Part shown: positions 1-12,000 of the stretch, piece by piece | How the letters are laid out: each line of letters starts with the position of its first letter | Position numbering within the stretch: position 1 is the first letter of the stretch | Source of the DNA: Cyanophora paradoxa CCMP329 | Taxonomy: Eukaryota > Plantae > Glaucophyta | Assembly (NCBI GenBank): GCA_004431415.1 | Contig: QPMI01000015.1 | Location: 372,001-436,000, forward strand | Length of the DNA stretch: 64,000 nucleotides | Reading direction: 5' to 3' | Program-made: the position numbers and the translations under genes | The notes under the pieces: generated by a model | What the model saw: the letters and a program-made list of their open reading frames with translations, nothing else | Databases searched by the model: none | Told to the model about the DNA's origin: nothing

Positions 1-3000
1 TAGAAATACTAGAAACTATAGCTTGGTTTGGCTTGGCGGGAGCGGGGGAGGGGCCGGGGCGGGGCGGGCCTGGAAGTGGCCGAAGTCGAGGCGCGGCGTG
101 ACCTCCAGCTCCACCCGCCCCGACTGCACGTGCACCGGCACCTGCCCCCGGGGGGTGAGATGCCGAAGGAAGGAAGGAAGGGGGAGGAGAGGAGGGGGGG
201 TACCTCCATCTCGGCGTAGGGGGTCTTGACGAGGAGGACCGTCGCGAGACGGTCCATCGACGCCGTCGGCCGCAGCGTCAGCGTCACCCGCGCCGCGCGG
301 AACGCCTGCGGGCGAAATTGATCCTTGGGGGGGTGGAGTGGGGGGTACGGGCGCGCCTCGACGACGAGGCGGGAGGGCGTGACGTCGAGGTCAGGGAACG
401 GCTCCTTCAGCGTGATGTCCACCGGGTACTGGCGGAGAAGGGGGGGGGGTATCGAATCAATCTCACATTGTTGGGGAGAGGACGGAGTGCCGGGGGGGGG
501 GGAGTTGCAGGGGGGTACCTGGAGGTCGCCGACGTTGGAGAGCTCGAGCGAATCGTAGTACACGTTCCCGATGACTGCGGCGAAAGCCGTGAGGTGTACA
601 TCGAAGAAGAGAAGGAAGAGGCTCCGGAGAGGGGTGAGGGGTGGGGGTGGGGGCGGGGGCGGGCGGGGGGTACCGCAGGCGAGGAAGTCGGACTTGGACT
701 TGGAGAGGGTGAGGACGGCGTGGCGGCCCGTGCCCGTCACCTCCACCTTGAACCGGTCCACCTGCCCCCGCCCCCTCAGCTTCGATTCGTTTTCAACAGA
801 GTTAAGCTCGGTCCAAGGCTAGGCCATCGGGGGAGGAGGGGGCGCGCCTTGGTGCGGACGATGAGGCGGCCGACGAACTGGTCCTCGGAGGGGGGGTTGA
901 AGAGGACGGGCACGTCGAAGTGGCCCCCGGGGGGGATCTGCCGTGCCCCCCGCGGGAAGTCCTCCCCCTCCTGGGAGGCGAGGCGTGAGAGAGCGGCGGA
1001 AGAGCGCCGCGCCAAGCTGCCGCTGTCTCTAAATCTAACTCTGTCTCTTTGAGCGCTGCGCTGCGCTGTCCTAGACCCTTCGAAGCGCCGTCCCTCTCTG
1101 TCGAGCGCTATGAGGCATTCTCTGCCAAAAAGAGCGTTCTCCATCTCCATCTCTAACTCTGTGAGCGCCCGGCGGGCTGCTCTCTCTCTCTCTCTCCCAG
1201 ACCTTGAAGACGGGGGACTCCTCGAGGTGGATGGAGCGGATGGGGAGGTACGCCGTCCCCTCGTTCCGCAGCCGCACGCTCCCCACCGTCCACGCGTTCA
1301 TCTGCAGGCGGCGGCGGGACCGGTCACTGTCTGTCTGTCTCTCCCTCTGCGCCGCAGGAGAAGGAGAGAGCGGACCATGCAGCGGCCGAGCTCGTGGCGG
1401 AGGGCGGTGCCACACGCTAGGCGGTAGGCCCCGCCCCCGGCCAGCACCTGCGTCACATGGCGGCGGCGGCGGTTAACCACTGTGATCGGCCGCTTAAAGC
1501 TCAAAGCCAGCAAGCCGGCTTCTTCAAGTGTTGCAATTGGTTGTTTTTCAATTGTGATCGGCCGCTTAAAGCTTAAAGCCAGCCAGCCAGCTCGTTAGCC
1601 AGCTCGCTCGCTCGCACCTTGAAGCGGAGGGGGGCGGCGGTGAGGGGGTCGAAGAAGATGGGCTTGGCGGTGAGGCCCTCGCGGAGCGGGTGGAAGACGA
1701 AGTGGACGCGCACGGCGTCCCCCGTCTTCAGCTCCCCCTCCCGCGGGTCCACCGTCACCCCTGTGAAACGAGTAGAAGCGGTCGGTCAGAAACGGCGGCT
1801 CAGAAAAGGGTCAGAAAAGGCGGCTCAGAAAAGAAAAGGGTCGGAAACAAAAAAAAGGGCTCAGAAAAGGGTCGGAAGGGGCGGCGGCCGGGCTCCGAAG
1901 GGGTCAGTTAAGGCGGCTCGGAAGGACCAGTCAGAAAGGGCGGCTCAGAAGAGGGTCAGAAACAGAAGAGAAAGGGCGGCCGCCGGGCTCCGAAAGGGGT
2001 CAGGGAGGGTGGCTCCGAAGGCCAGGGCGGACCGGGGTTGTCGTTGCGGACGACGAAGCGGACGTCGAGGCCGCTCTCGTTGCGGAAGGTCCGCGACAGC
2101 GTCACGATCTCCCCTGCGCGAGACGTCTCAGCCCAGGAGGGCTTTGTCGAGGGGAGGGCGAGGGGAGGGCGGGGGCGGGGGCGGGCTATTTCAAGCTATT
2201 TTTGAGCGGCAAGGTAGCCGAAGGTAGCAGGCAGCTGCTAAGAGCATCCCGGGGGCCCTGACCTAGCAGCAACAACCGCAACCAGGCGAGATCCCAGCTT
2301 AGGAGAGCTTAGGTGCGGGGGTAGCGGGGGCGGGGGGCGGGGGCGGTGACCTAGGGGCAGCCAGCCGAAGTTGAGGGGCCCGGCGTCGTCGACGACGATG
2401 CGGACGTCCCGCGGCGCCAGCGAGAGGGGGATCCGGTACGGCTCCATTCCGGGGATCTGCGGGGGGCGGGGTCAGCCGGGCTGCTCTGAAGCTGCTACTG
2501 CTGCTGCGGTTGTGGGTTCCACCATTATTAAAGTGTTAGCTCCATGCTTGGAGAACTAGAAGTGTACGGCGGGGTCGGGTGGGGGAAAGCGAGCGCGGGG
2601 TGGCGCGCCTCGGCCTCGACGACGAGGGTGCCCTTGACGGGGCGCCCGACGCCCCACCCGAACCCGCCGGGGGCCGCTCCCACCCGCGCGGTCCGCAGCG
2701 TGACCGTCAGCGTGAGGTGCTGCGGCTCCTCGGGCCCCACGCGGCTCCGCGTGCCCCGCGGCGTCGCCTCCTCCCCGGCCCGCGGGCTCCGCGCCGCCGG
2801 GTCCTCCCCGGGGCCCCGCACCCGGGGCAGCAGCGCGCGCGCCGGCGAAACCATCACAAAGGGCGCGCCGTCCACGGGCCCGGCGGTGGGGACGCGGAGG
2901 GAGCGGCCCAGCGCCTCCTCGACCGTGAGCGCGCGGGCGCCGAAGGGCAGCGCGGCGTCGGCGGCTTGGGCGGCCTGCGCGGCGCCGGCGGCGAGGCGCG

Positions 3001-6000
3001 GGTCCAGCGCAGTGGCGGCCGCATCCCTCGCCTCCAGCGCCGCGTGCTGCCGCCCCGCGAGCGACGCCATCCGCTCGTCCGCCGCCGCCCCGGCCGCCTC
3101 CAGCCGCCGCGCCGCCGCCTCGGGCGCCCCCGCGGGGGCCGGGCGCACCTGCAGCGAAGTTTTGTTATTCTTAATAGAATTCATTGAAGGTTTAAGACCA
3201 GAACAGCTACGGATAACAGGGCGCACCTTCAGTGCGCTCTTCGTGGGGCCCTTCATGCTGGCGGAGCGGCTGAGGGCGAGCGGCGTGGCGCCGCCTGCAG
3301 GCGAGCCGCCGGCGGGGGGGCCGCCCTCCACCACCAGCTCCTCCGCGAGGGTCACCGTACGCGGCGGCGGCGGCGGCGCCGTTGGAGCCACGCCGGCGGC
3401 GAGGCCCTGGATCTTGACGGTGGTGGCGCGCCCCTGCTCCTCGAGCTTGCGCCGCCCCGCCGCGATCTCCCGCTGCACGAGCCGCTGCTGCGCCGCGAGC
3501 TCCGCCGCCGGCAGCGTCGTCGGCGTCTCCGGCCGCCCCGCGAAGAACGCCTGCCGCGGAGGGCGCTCAGAACAAAGGGGGCGCTATCCACGTCTAACGC
3601 CTGCGGCGAAACAGGCCTAGTCTAAAGCTGCTCGGAGCTGCCTGCGCACCTCGTGGAGCTGCTCGCCCTCGCGGGTGCGCCGCTTGCGCCGGCGCGCGTG
3701 CATCAGCCGCCGCGTCGCCTGCCGCGCCAGCCGCCACAGCGTCGGCCCGTCCCGCGCCGCCGGCGGCTCCTGCAGGCCCGCGCCTTAGACGGAGAAAGCA
3801 GGGCGGAGGCCGAGGGAACGGGAACGAGGAAGCCCTCCTATCGGATCGCCCTCGCACCTGGGCGAGGAGGACGAGGGCGGAGCGGAGGCGGGGGTAGTCC
3901 GGGAGGAGCAGGTACACGGAGGCAATCGCGCTGATCGTCCCCTCGTTGTACAGCGTCACGCTCCGCGTGTCTGCGCAGGCCCCTCACGATCAGCTTCTAT
4001 ATCGCATCCCAGGATAGCTGCACGCTTTGCTTCTAGTCGCCCATGTCCCAGCTCTAAATCCCAGCTATTCGCCTATGCTCCGGTTCTAAATCCAAAGTAA
4101 AATCCGGCTCAAACCCCAGTTCTTATGTTCCAGCTAATGTTCTTTGGGAGGGCGGAGGCGCGGGGCGCACAGGAGTGGCCGGCGGCGACCTCGCCGAAGT
4201 CGAGGTCGCCGCCGTGCAGGATGCGCATGACGCCCCCCGCGCCCCGCAGCGCCACCGCCCCGGAGTTGAAGTCGCTCTCCAGCTGCACCGCCCCTGCGCC
4301 CGCCCGCCCGACGCTCAGCTCGGCTCGGCTAGGCTAGGCTAGGCTCAGCCTCGGCATCTGGCTGTAGGCTCTGGCCCCGGACCTGCGACGGGGAGGGTGG
4401 AGTCGACGAGGATGCGGACGGGGAGGTCGACGGCCCCGCCCGGCTCGACCCGCGCCTCCGCCCGCTCCCCGAACTGCATCGAGGCCAGCAGCGCCCCCGC
4501 CGCCGCCCCCGCCGCCGACACCGAGCCCCGCCGCTCCCGCTGCGGGGTCTCCTGGGGGGTAGAGGAGGCGCGGAGGGCCTCGCCCCTGTACCCCAGCGCG
4601 GCGGACTCGGAGGGGAGGAGGAAGCGCCCCAGGGAGAAGCCCGGGGAGCTGCAGGAGGCTGTGAGGGAGAGGGGTACGGTGCCGGCGTTGGTGACGCGGA
4701 AGAGCTTGTGGAGGGGGGTGCGCAGGGGTACGACGCCGAAGTCGAGCTCGCCGGCGAGGGCGTCCCGGGGGGCCAGGAAGGCGGGGCGCACGTCGCCCGA
4801 GCCGCCCCGGCCCGAGACGGCGAGGCGGAGGGGGGTACCCTCCCAGAGGAGGGAGAGGGGGGCGAGCAGGAGCCGGTCGTCCCGCGGGGCGAAGCGGAGC
4901 AGCAGCTGCGCCGTCTGCCGCGGGGCGAGGAGGCCCGCCCTCGGCGTGACCTCCAGGGACCCCGGGAGCTGCCCTTCCGAATCAGGAGGAAAGGAGGGAA
5001 GAAAGGAAGGGGGGTGCGCGAAAGCGCGCCTTGTCGGGTATGTAGAAGTCGGCGGGGAAGGAGCCGGAGTTGACGAGGCGGAGGGATGCCAGCCGGGCCT
5101 CCCGCACGCTCACCGTCCCGAAGTCGAAGGCCAGGGCCCGGCCCTCCTTCTTCTTGGTCTTCTTGGAATCCCCACCGGACCCCGCCCCTGCAGGCACCTC
5201 TTCCTCCTCCTCCTCGTCCGGGGCGCGAGGGGCGAGGGGCAGGGGCCGGTTGTCCGGGCCAAGCAGCTCGAGCCTGCGGCGAGGACCGGAGCTAAGAAAC
5301 AGAGCAAAGCAGAGCGTAGCGAAATCAAAGAGCGGACTTGGGCTCGCCGCCGGAGCCGGCGAGGGTGAGGGCCTCGTAGCCCCCCGTGTGGTAGGCGCGG
5401 AGGGCGACGGAGACGGGCGGGGCGGCGCGGGGCGAGAAGGAGAGGAGGACCGAGGCCGAGGCCCCCGGCGCCAGGCTCCCCTCCCACGCGTCCACCTGTC
5501 CACGTCGCGATTAGATTTGATTTGATTTGATTAGATTTCATTTGATTAGATTAGATTCGATAAGAATTGATTCGGTTCGATTTGATTTGATTTGATTCGG
5601 TTCGATTTGATTTGATTGGATTGGATTCGGTTCGATTTGATTTGGTTTGATTTGATTCGGTTCAATTCGATTTGATTTAATTTGATTTGGTTTGGTTTGA
5701 TTCGGTTCGATTTGATTGGATTGGATTCGGTTCGATTTGATTTGATTTGATTCGGTTCAATTCGATTTGATTTGATTTGATTTGATTTGATTCGGTTCGA
5801 TTTGATTTGATTTGATTTGATTTGATTCGATTTGATTTGATTTGATTTGATTTGATTTGATTCGGTTCGAATCGATTTGATTTGATTTGATTTGATTCGG
5901 TTCGATTTGATTTGGTTTGATTTGATTCGGTTCGATTTGATTTGATTTGATTTGATTTGATTCGGTTCGATTTAATTTGATTCGATTTGATTTGATTTGG

Positions 6001-9000
6001 TTTGATTCGGTTCGTTTTAATTTGATTTGACTTGGTTTGATTTGATTTGATTTGATTTGATTTGATTTGATTTGATTTGATTTGATTTGATTTGAATTGA
6101 TCTGATTTGATTTGATTTGATTGGATTGGATTGGATTTTTAGATTAGATAAGATTGTGCCCCTGGCGACCACGCGGCCCTCGTGCACTTCCCAGCGCGGC
6201 GTTCCATCGGTACCCCTCGCACCTCGAAGCCGCGCTCCCAGAAGGGGGTCGTCCAGCGCTGCGCGGCCCGCCGCCGCCGCTCCTCCTCCCGCAGCCGCTG
6301 CTCCACCGCCAGGGCCTGCCCGCGGATGACACGTCAGGCGGGCCCGCCCCGCCTGGTACTTCTGCCTCGCCCGGCTCGCCTGGTACTTCTTGGAGGCGAA
6401 GTTGGAGGGGGTGGAGCCGGCGCCGGCGCCCGGGGTGGAGGGCGCCGCGAGGCTCCCCGCGAGTCCCAGCGCCCTCCGGCGCTTCGCGGGGGCAGGGCGG
6501 GGCGGGGCGAAAAGGTGAGGCAAAGGCTGCGCTGCGCGCCCCTCGCCCCTCTAGATCTCTGTACCCCCCCTCCCTCCCCTTACCTTGGCGAGGGCGAGGG
6601 CGAGGAGGTCCTCCTCGCCGCCGTCCCGCAGCGCCTCCAGCTCCTCCTGCTCCTCCTCCCGGAACTCTGCGAGGGGCGGGGGGGAGAGTGTTCTCTTCTC
6701 TTCTGTTTTGGATGGGGCGGGGCGGGCGGACCCTTGAAGTACTGGGACCAGTCCCCGCCGACGGGCTCGGGCCGCAGGTAGTAGTTCAGCGTCAGGTTGC
6801 CCCGGTTCCGCACCTGCGGATGATCGGATGAGCTAGAGCCAGCCGGCCGGCCCGGCCGGCCGGCCAGCCGGCCAGCGGGCCCCGGGGCGGGGCGGGACGG
6901 TTGGGGCGGACGGTGAGCTCGCGGGTGAAGTTGGCGCCGAGGCGGCAGCGGCCGAAGTCAAGGAGGCGCAGCGGCGTCCCCACCTCGAAGAGCACGTCGC
7001 CCCCGGAGCCTCTGCCCCCCGCCCCGCCGTCAGCCGCGCACGTCCCGCGGCGAGAACAGATCTAAGCAATCTAAGAATTGATCCGGGGCTAGCAGCACGC
7101 CCTGGGCGGGCGAGCACTGTGCGGGCGGGCGCGTGCGCGGGGCTTGGCGTGGCGGGGCGGGGCGGGGCGGGCGCACGCGACGGTGGAGGCGCGGGTCTCG
7201 AAGGCGTTGCGGAAGAGGAGCGTCGCCTTCGTGACCGCCCCGTACCTGCGGCGCGACGCGAGGCGGGGCGAGGCGAGGCTAGGCTCAGCAGGCGAGACAA
7301 GACACGAGATTGCTCGCGAGCCTCGTCACCCCGCGAGCCTAGCCTGGCGCGCGGGCCCGGGCCCAGCAGCGCGCCCCCTCCCGCCCTCCCGCCCCCCACC
7401 CGCCCCTCCCTGGGGGCGCACTCGCGGGGTACGAAGGTGAGGAAGAACTCCGTCGCCGCCGCCAGCGACCGCAGCGTCCCCTGCGCGCCCCCGAAGTCAG
7501 AGCCGCCCGTCCATCCCGCAAGACAAGGCGCCAAGTTCCTAGGCGCTGCGGGTGGGGCGCTGGGTCCGAGGCAGGGCGGAGCTGGGCGGGGCGGGGCGGG
7601 GCGGGCCTTGGCGGGGGTGATGGCGAGGACGCCCGGGTCGTAGGCCTCGTAGAGGCCCGCCACGTCCCGCCCCGGCCCCTCCTCCCCGGGCTCTTCCGAT
7701 GCTGCCGCCCCCTCCGCCAGCGGCGGCGCGCTGCCGAGAGAACGCTTAGAGCGAGAGGGGCTGGGGAGGAGGTGGAGGCGCACCTCTCGATCTCGGTGGC
7801 GGTGAGGCGCTTGGCGCCCCGCTCGCGCAGCTCCGTCGCCAGGCGGAACCAGCGCCGCCCCTGCCGCCACGCCCCGCGGTCGGGCGCCGGGCTAGGCGCG
7901 CTCCTCTCCTGCCAGGCGCCTTTCTATGGCCTCGGTGCCGGAATGGCCTCGGTGCCGGAACGGACGCCCTTCCCTACGTCCCACCTCTATCTCCTCCGCC
8001 TCGCACCTGGGGCCGGAGGGTGCCGGCGGCGGAGCGAGGGAGGCGGCGGACGAAGAGCATCTCGTAGGGGAGGTCCACGTCGCCCCTGTTCTCCACCACG
8101 AACACGTCCACCTGAAGAAGAAGCTTAGAAGGAGAATAAGAAGAAGGAGGGCGGGGCGGGGCGCGCCTGGGGCCGGCGGAGGCGGCAGACGCCGAAGTCG
8201 ACGTTCGGGAGGCTCGCGCTCGGCGCGAAGTCTGAGGACGGCGAAGGCGGCGTCAGGGCGGGGGCGAAGAAGGCTGAGGCTGAGGCTGAGGCTGGGAGGG
8301 CCGCACGGAGCTTGGGGGCGCCGACGGTCGCCCGCACCGCGATCGTGTACGTCCGCGCCTGCGCCGGGGCGCCGCGTTAGTTCGGAGGCGGGCGGGGGGG
8401 CGGGCGGGGGCGCCAAGGAGCTGGAGCGCGGGCCGGGGGCGTGCGTCGTCCGAAGACAGACTAAAACGGGCATCCCCCAAGAGAGCAGCAACCCAGGGAA
8501 GCGAAGGCAGGCGGGCGGGCGGGCCGGCGGGCTGGAGGGCGCGCGTCGTCCCGACCCGGCGCTCCGTCGGCCTATCTCCAGGACAAGACTCGCAAGCCCG
8601 CCCTAGCCAACGACCCCCCGCCCCAGTCTTCCCCAAGCGAGCAGCCAGCCAGGGAAGCCCAACCCCTGTCTCCCTCCCCTCATCCCCCCGGACCTTGGTG
8701 GTGGCGGTGTCCTCGCCGAGGGGCTTGACGACGACGCTCGCCGAGACGGGCGCGAGGGTCTTCGGGAAGACCAGCACGCGCAGCTTGCACGACGCGTTCG
8801 CCGGCACGCTGCGGGGGGCAGGGTCAGTCCCAGAAGCTCCCAGCAAAGCTTCCTAGCAAAGCTTAGATCTCTCTCTTATATCTCTTAGCTCTTAGGCTCC
8901 GGGCGGGCGGGGGGGCGGGGGGCGCACAAGAAGGCGTCCGCGGGGTCGACGGTGATGTTCGCCCCCGCCCGCGACGGGTTCACCACCTGCGAGTGGGGGC

Positions 9001-12000
9001 GGGCGGGGCCTCCCCCTCAGAATAGATGGGGGAAAGAAGGGAGGAAGGGGCGGGCCTCGGCGACGGCGGAGGCCTCGGCGGCGCCCAGGTTGTGCACGTC
9101 AATCTCCGCCACCGCCACGTCCTGCGAGCGAGGTCAGCAGGAAGCAGGCCGGGCCCCGCTCTTTCCTGTTTTCTATGGGCAGCCTCGGCTTTGGCTTCTA
9201 TGTCTTCCACGTCCGCTCAAGGGGGCTCTCCTATGACGCCTATCCATATATGTCGAACGGGGCGCAAAGCGGGCGGGGCGGGCGGGGCGGGCTCGCGCCT
9301 CGATGAGGATGCAGCCGAGGTCGGCGGAGGGGACGGGCACGTGCAGGTGCGGCATGCCGCCCGAGCCCTGATCGATCGGATCGGATCGGATCGGATCGGA
9401 TCGAGCGAACAGAACAGAACAGAGCAGGGCCGAAAGGAGCGCACGCCGACGACGAAGTGGAGGGGCTTGCCGGCGTGCCCGCGGGGCGCCCCCGTCGCCC
9501 GCCAGCGCACCGCGTACGCCGAGCGGTAGCGCTCCCCCGAGGGCGGCCGGAAGTGCACCCCGACCGTCAGCTGCGCGGCGCGGCGAGGCGGTGAGTGAGT
9601 GAGCCAGGTCTAAGACTGCGTGGAAGGCGGGGCGGGCGGGCGGGCGGGGGCGCTGCGCTGCGCGCGCTCGCCTTGCCCTTGGGGGCGACGGCGCCCCTGT
9701 CCGGCACCAGCACGAAGAGGTCCTCCCGCTGCCCTGCGCCGGGCCTCAGCGGGGCGAGGACCAGAGAGAAAGCGGCGCAGAGTGGGCGAGGAAAGAGAAG
9801 GAGGAAGTAGAATAGGCGTAGCGGACAAGATCTAGAGAGGAAGGAGGAAAAGGGTCGGAAGAGGGAGACAAGCCTAAGGTCCCAATCGCTCGCTCGCTCG
9901 CTCAGAAAGAGAGCGGCGCAGAAGGGTCGGAAGGGGGAAACGAGCGTAAGGTCCCACTCGCTCGCTCGCTCGCTCGCTCACCGGGGAGGTCGGACTCGAT
10001 CTCGAAGCGGCCCTCGACCAGCCCGTCGTTCTCCACGTCCAGCCGCGCGATCTGCGGGGGAGGGAGGGAGAGAGTCGGGGGCGCCCTCCCGGACGACGCG
10101 TAGTTGCGGGGGAAGGAAGTCGGGGGAGGCCGCGCGCCTTCTTGACGCCGATGCGGATGCAGCCGAAGTCGACGGCGGGGGCCGAGAGGCGCAGCGCCGC
10201 GCTCGCGCCCACCCCGGAGACCTGCGCGCCCGGCTCAGCGCTCAGCTGGGGCGGAGCCCCCGCACCCGCCTCCGCCCCTCCGCCCCCGCCGCTGCCCCCG
10301 CCTCTGCCCCAACTCTAGATGGATCTGCCCCCCGCCTCCGCCCCCGCCCCTGCCTCGCCCCCGCCCCCGTCCCTCTGCCTCGGCCCCGCACCTCGCAGAA
10401 CGCCTCGCCGAAGCCGTCGCCCGTGAGGAGCACCAGCCGCGCCGTGTACCGGTGCTGCGCCCCGCCCTTCAGGCCCCGGAAACGCGCTCCGGGGCCTCTA
10501 CTCTATCTTCTAATCGTCTGAAGGGGCCTCTACTCTTCTTGTTCTTTCGGCCCCGCCCCGCGCCCCCGATCGCGATGCAGCGACGCCCCGCGCACCTGCG
10601 CCAGCAGTGGCGCGCAGCGGAGCTCCACCTGCGGACGAGGGAAGGGGAGGGGGTAAGGGGCCAAGAAGGGCGGTGGGGGGCGGGCCGCGGCAAGCGGGGC
10701 GGGGCGCTGCGTGCCTTCGCCGACGCCTTGGGCTCGAGGCGGCCGGAGAGGGGGTGCACGGCGAAGCTGCTCGGGGGGACCTCCACCGCCGCCCCCGCCG
10801 CGTCCATCCTCACGCACTGCGCGAGCGGCTTCGGCCGGCAGGACGATGCAGACGGGCGGAAGGAGGGGGTACCTTGATCTCCTCGATGCGGAGAGCCCAA
10901 TCCATCGCCATGAAGCCTGAGGGGGGAGGAGGAGGTTGGAAGGGGTACGGTGGCGCCCGGGGGCCGGGTGCCGAAGGGGAGGAGGTACAGGTACGGGCGC
11001 ACCGGGGTTCATGATCTCGACGGGCATGCTCTAAGGAGGCGCGGGGGGGGCGCGGGGTCAGAGGCCGGAAATGGAAGATGCGCGAGGCGCGGGGGGGGGC
11101 AAGGGCGGGCCTTGGCGGCGGGGAGGGGTATGATGCCGAAGTCGACGGAGGGGGCGGCGAAGCGGAGCGGCGGCTGCACGGACCCCACGCACTGCGAACG
11201 AAGGGCCCCGTGAGAACGAGCAAGCAAGAAGGCGGGGCCCGCCCCCGGCGCCGGCGCCGGCGGGGCGCGCCTGCCATACGAAGGACTCGCGCGGCTCGGC
11301 GCCGGGCTCGTCCCGCGTCCACACGCTCAGCCGCGGCCTGAACTCGCCCTGAAAACAAATGAGCACACAGCGGGCAAGCGAACGAGCAAGGAAGGTAGAG
11401 TACCCCCGTGTCGGCCTGGAAGGAGAGGAGGAGGTGGAGGGTGCGGCCGGGGGCGAGGGAGGCCGGCAGCGCGAAGGGAGGCTCAAGCAGGTCCTCCGCC
11501 TGCGAGAGGGCGGGCGGGCGTGAGTGAGGGATGCGATCGAATCTGCCCGACGCGATCCAAACCACTCTGAAGTGATCGCTGGGCTCAGGTTCGAAGGCCC
11601 CCCCTCGGCGGTTCAAACTCTAGCTTATCCCATCTAGCCTACCCAAAAGTCCAAATCGTATCGTATTCAAGTTCTATCCGATCCGGGCGGGCGGGCTGCG
11701 GGGCACCTGCTCGTCGGGGTTGATGCCGGCCTGGAAGTCCGCCTCGTCCCAGTCCCCGTCCACCGCCCCGCCCTGGCCCCCCGGCCCCACCCCGTGAGTC
11801 GCGTCTGGGAGGGGTGGGCTGGGCGCCGACGGGCGGGCGCGGGCGCATGGCGTCTATGGGTTCGAAATGCGTTCGAAACCGAACGGAACTCAAAATCTAG
11901 GCGCTGGGCTTCGAGACGGGATGGGAGGGGGCCGGCGCACCTCGTCGCGGGCCTCGAGGCTCGCCTCGCGGGCGGCCGCCTCGCGGGCCGTGAGCGCGCG

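Noticed and set aside
5510-6150. Possible interstitial telomeric repeat or IKSNQ-repeat coding sequence
   Set aside because: The unit lacks a G-rich telomere motif and lies between splice sites of the ASH gene.
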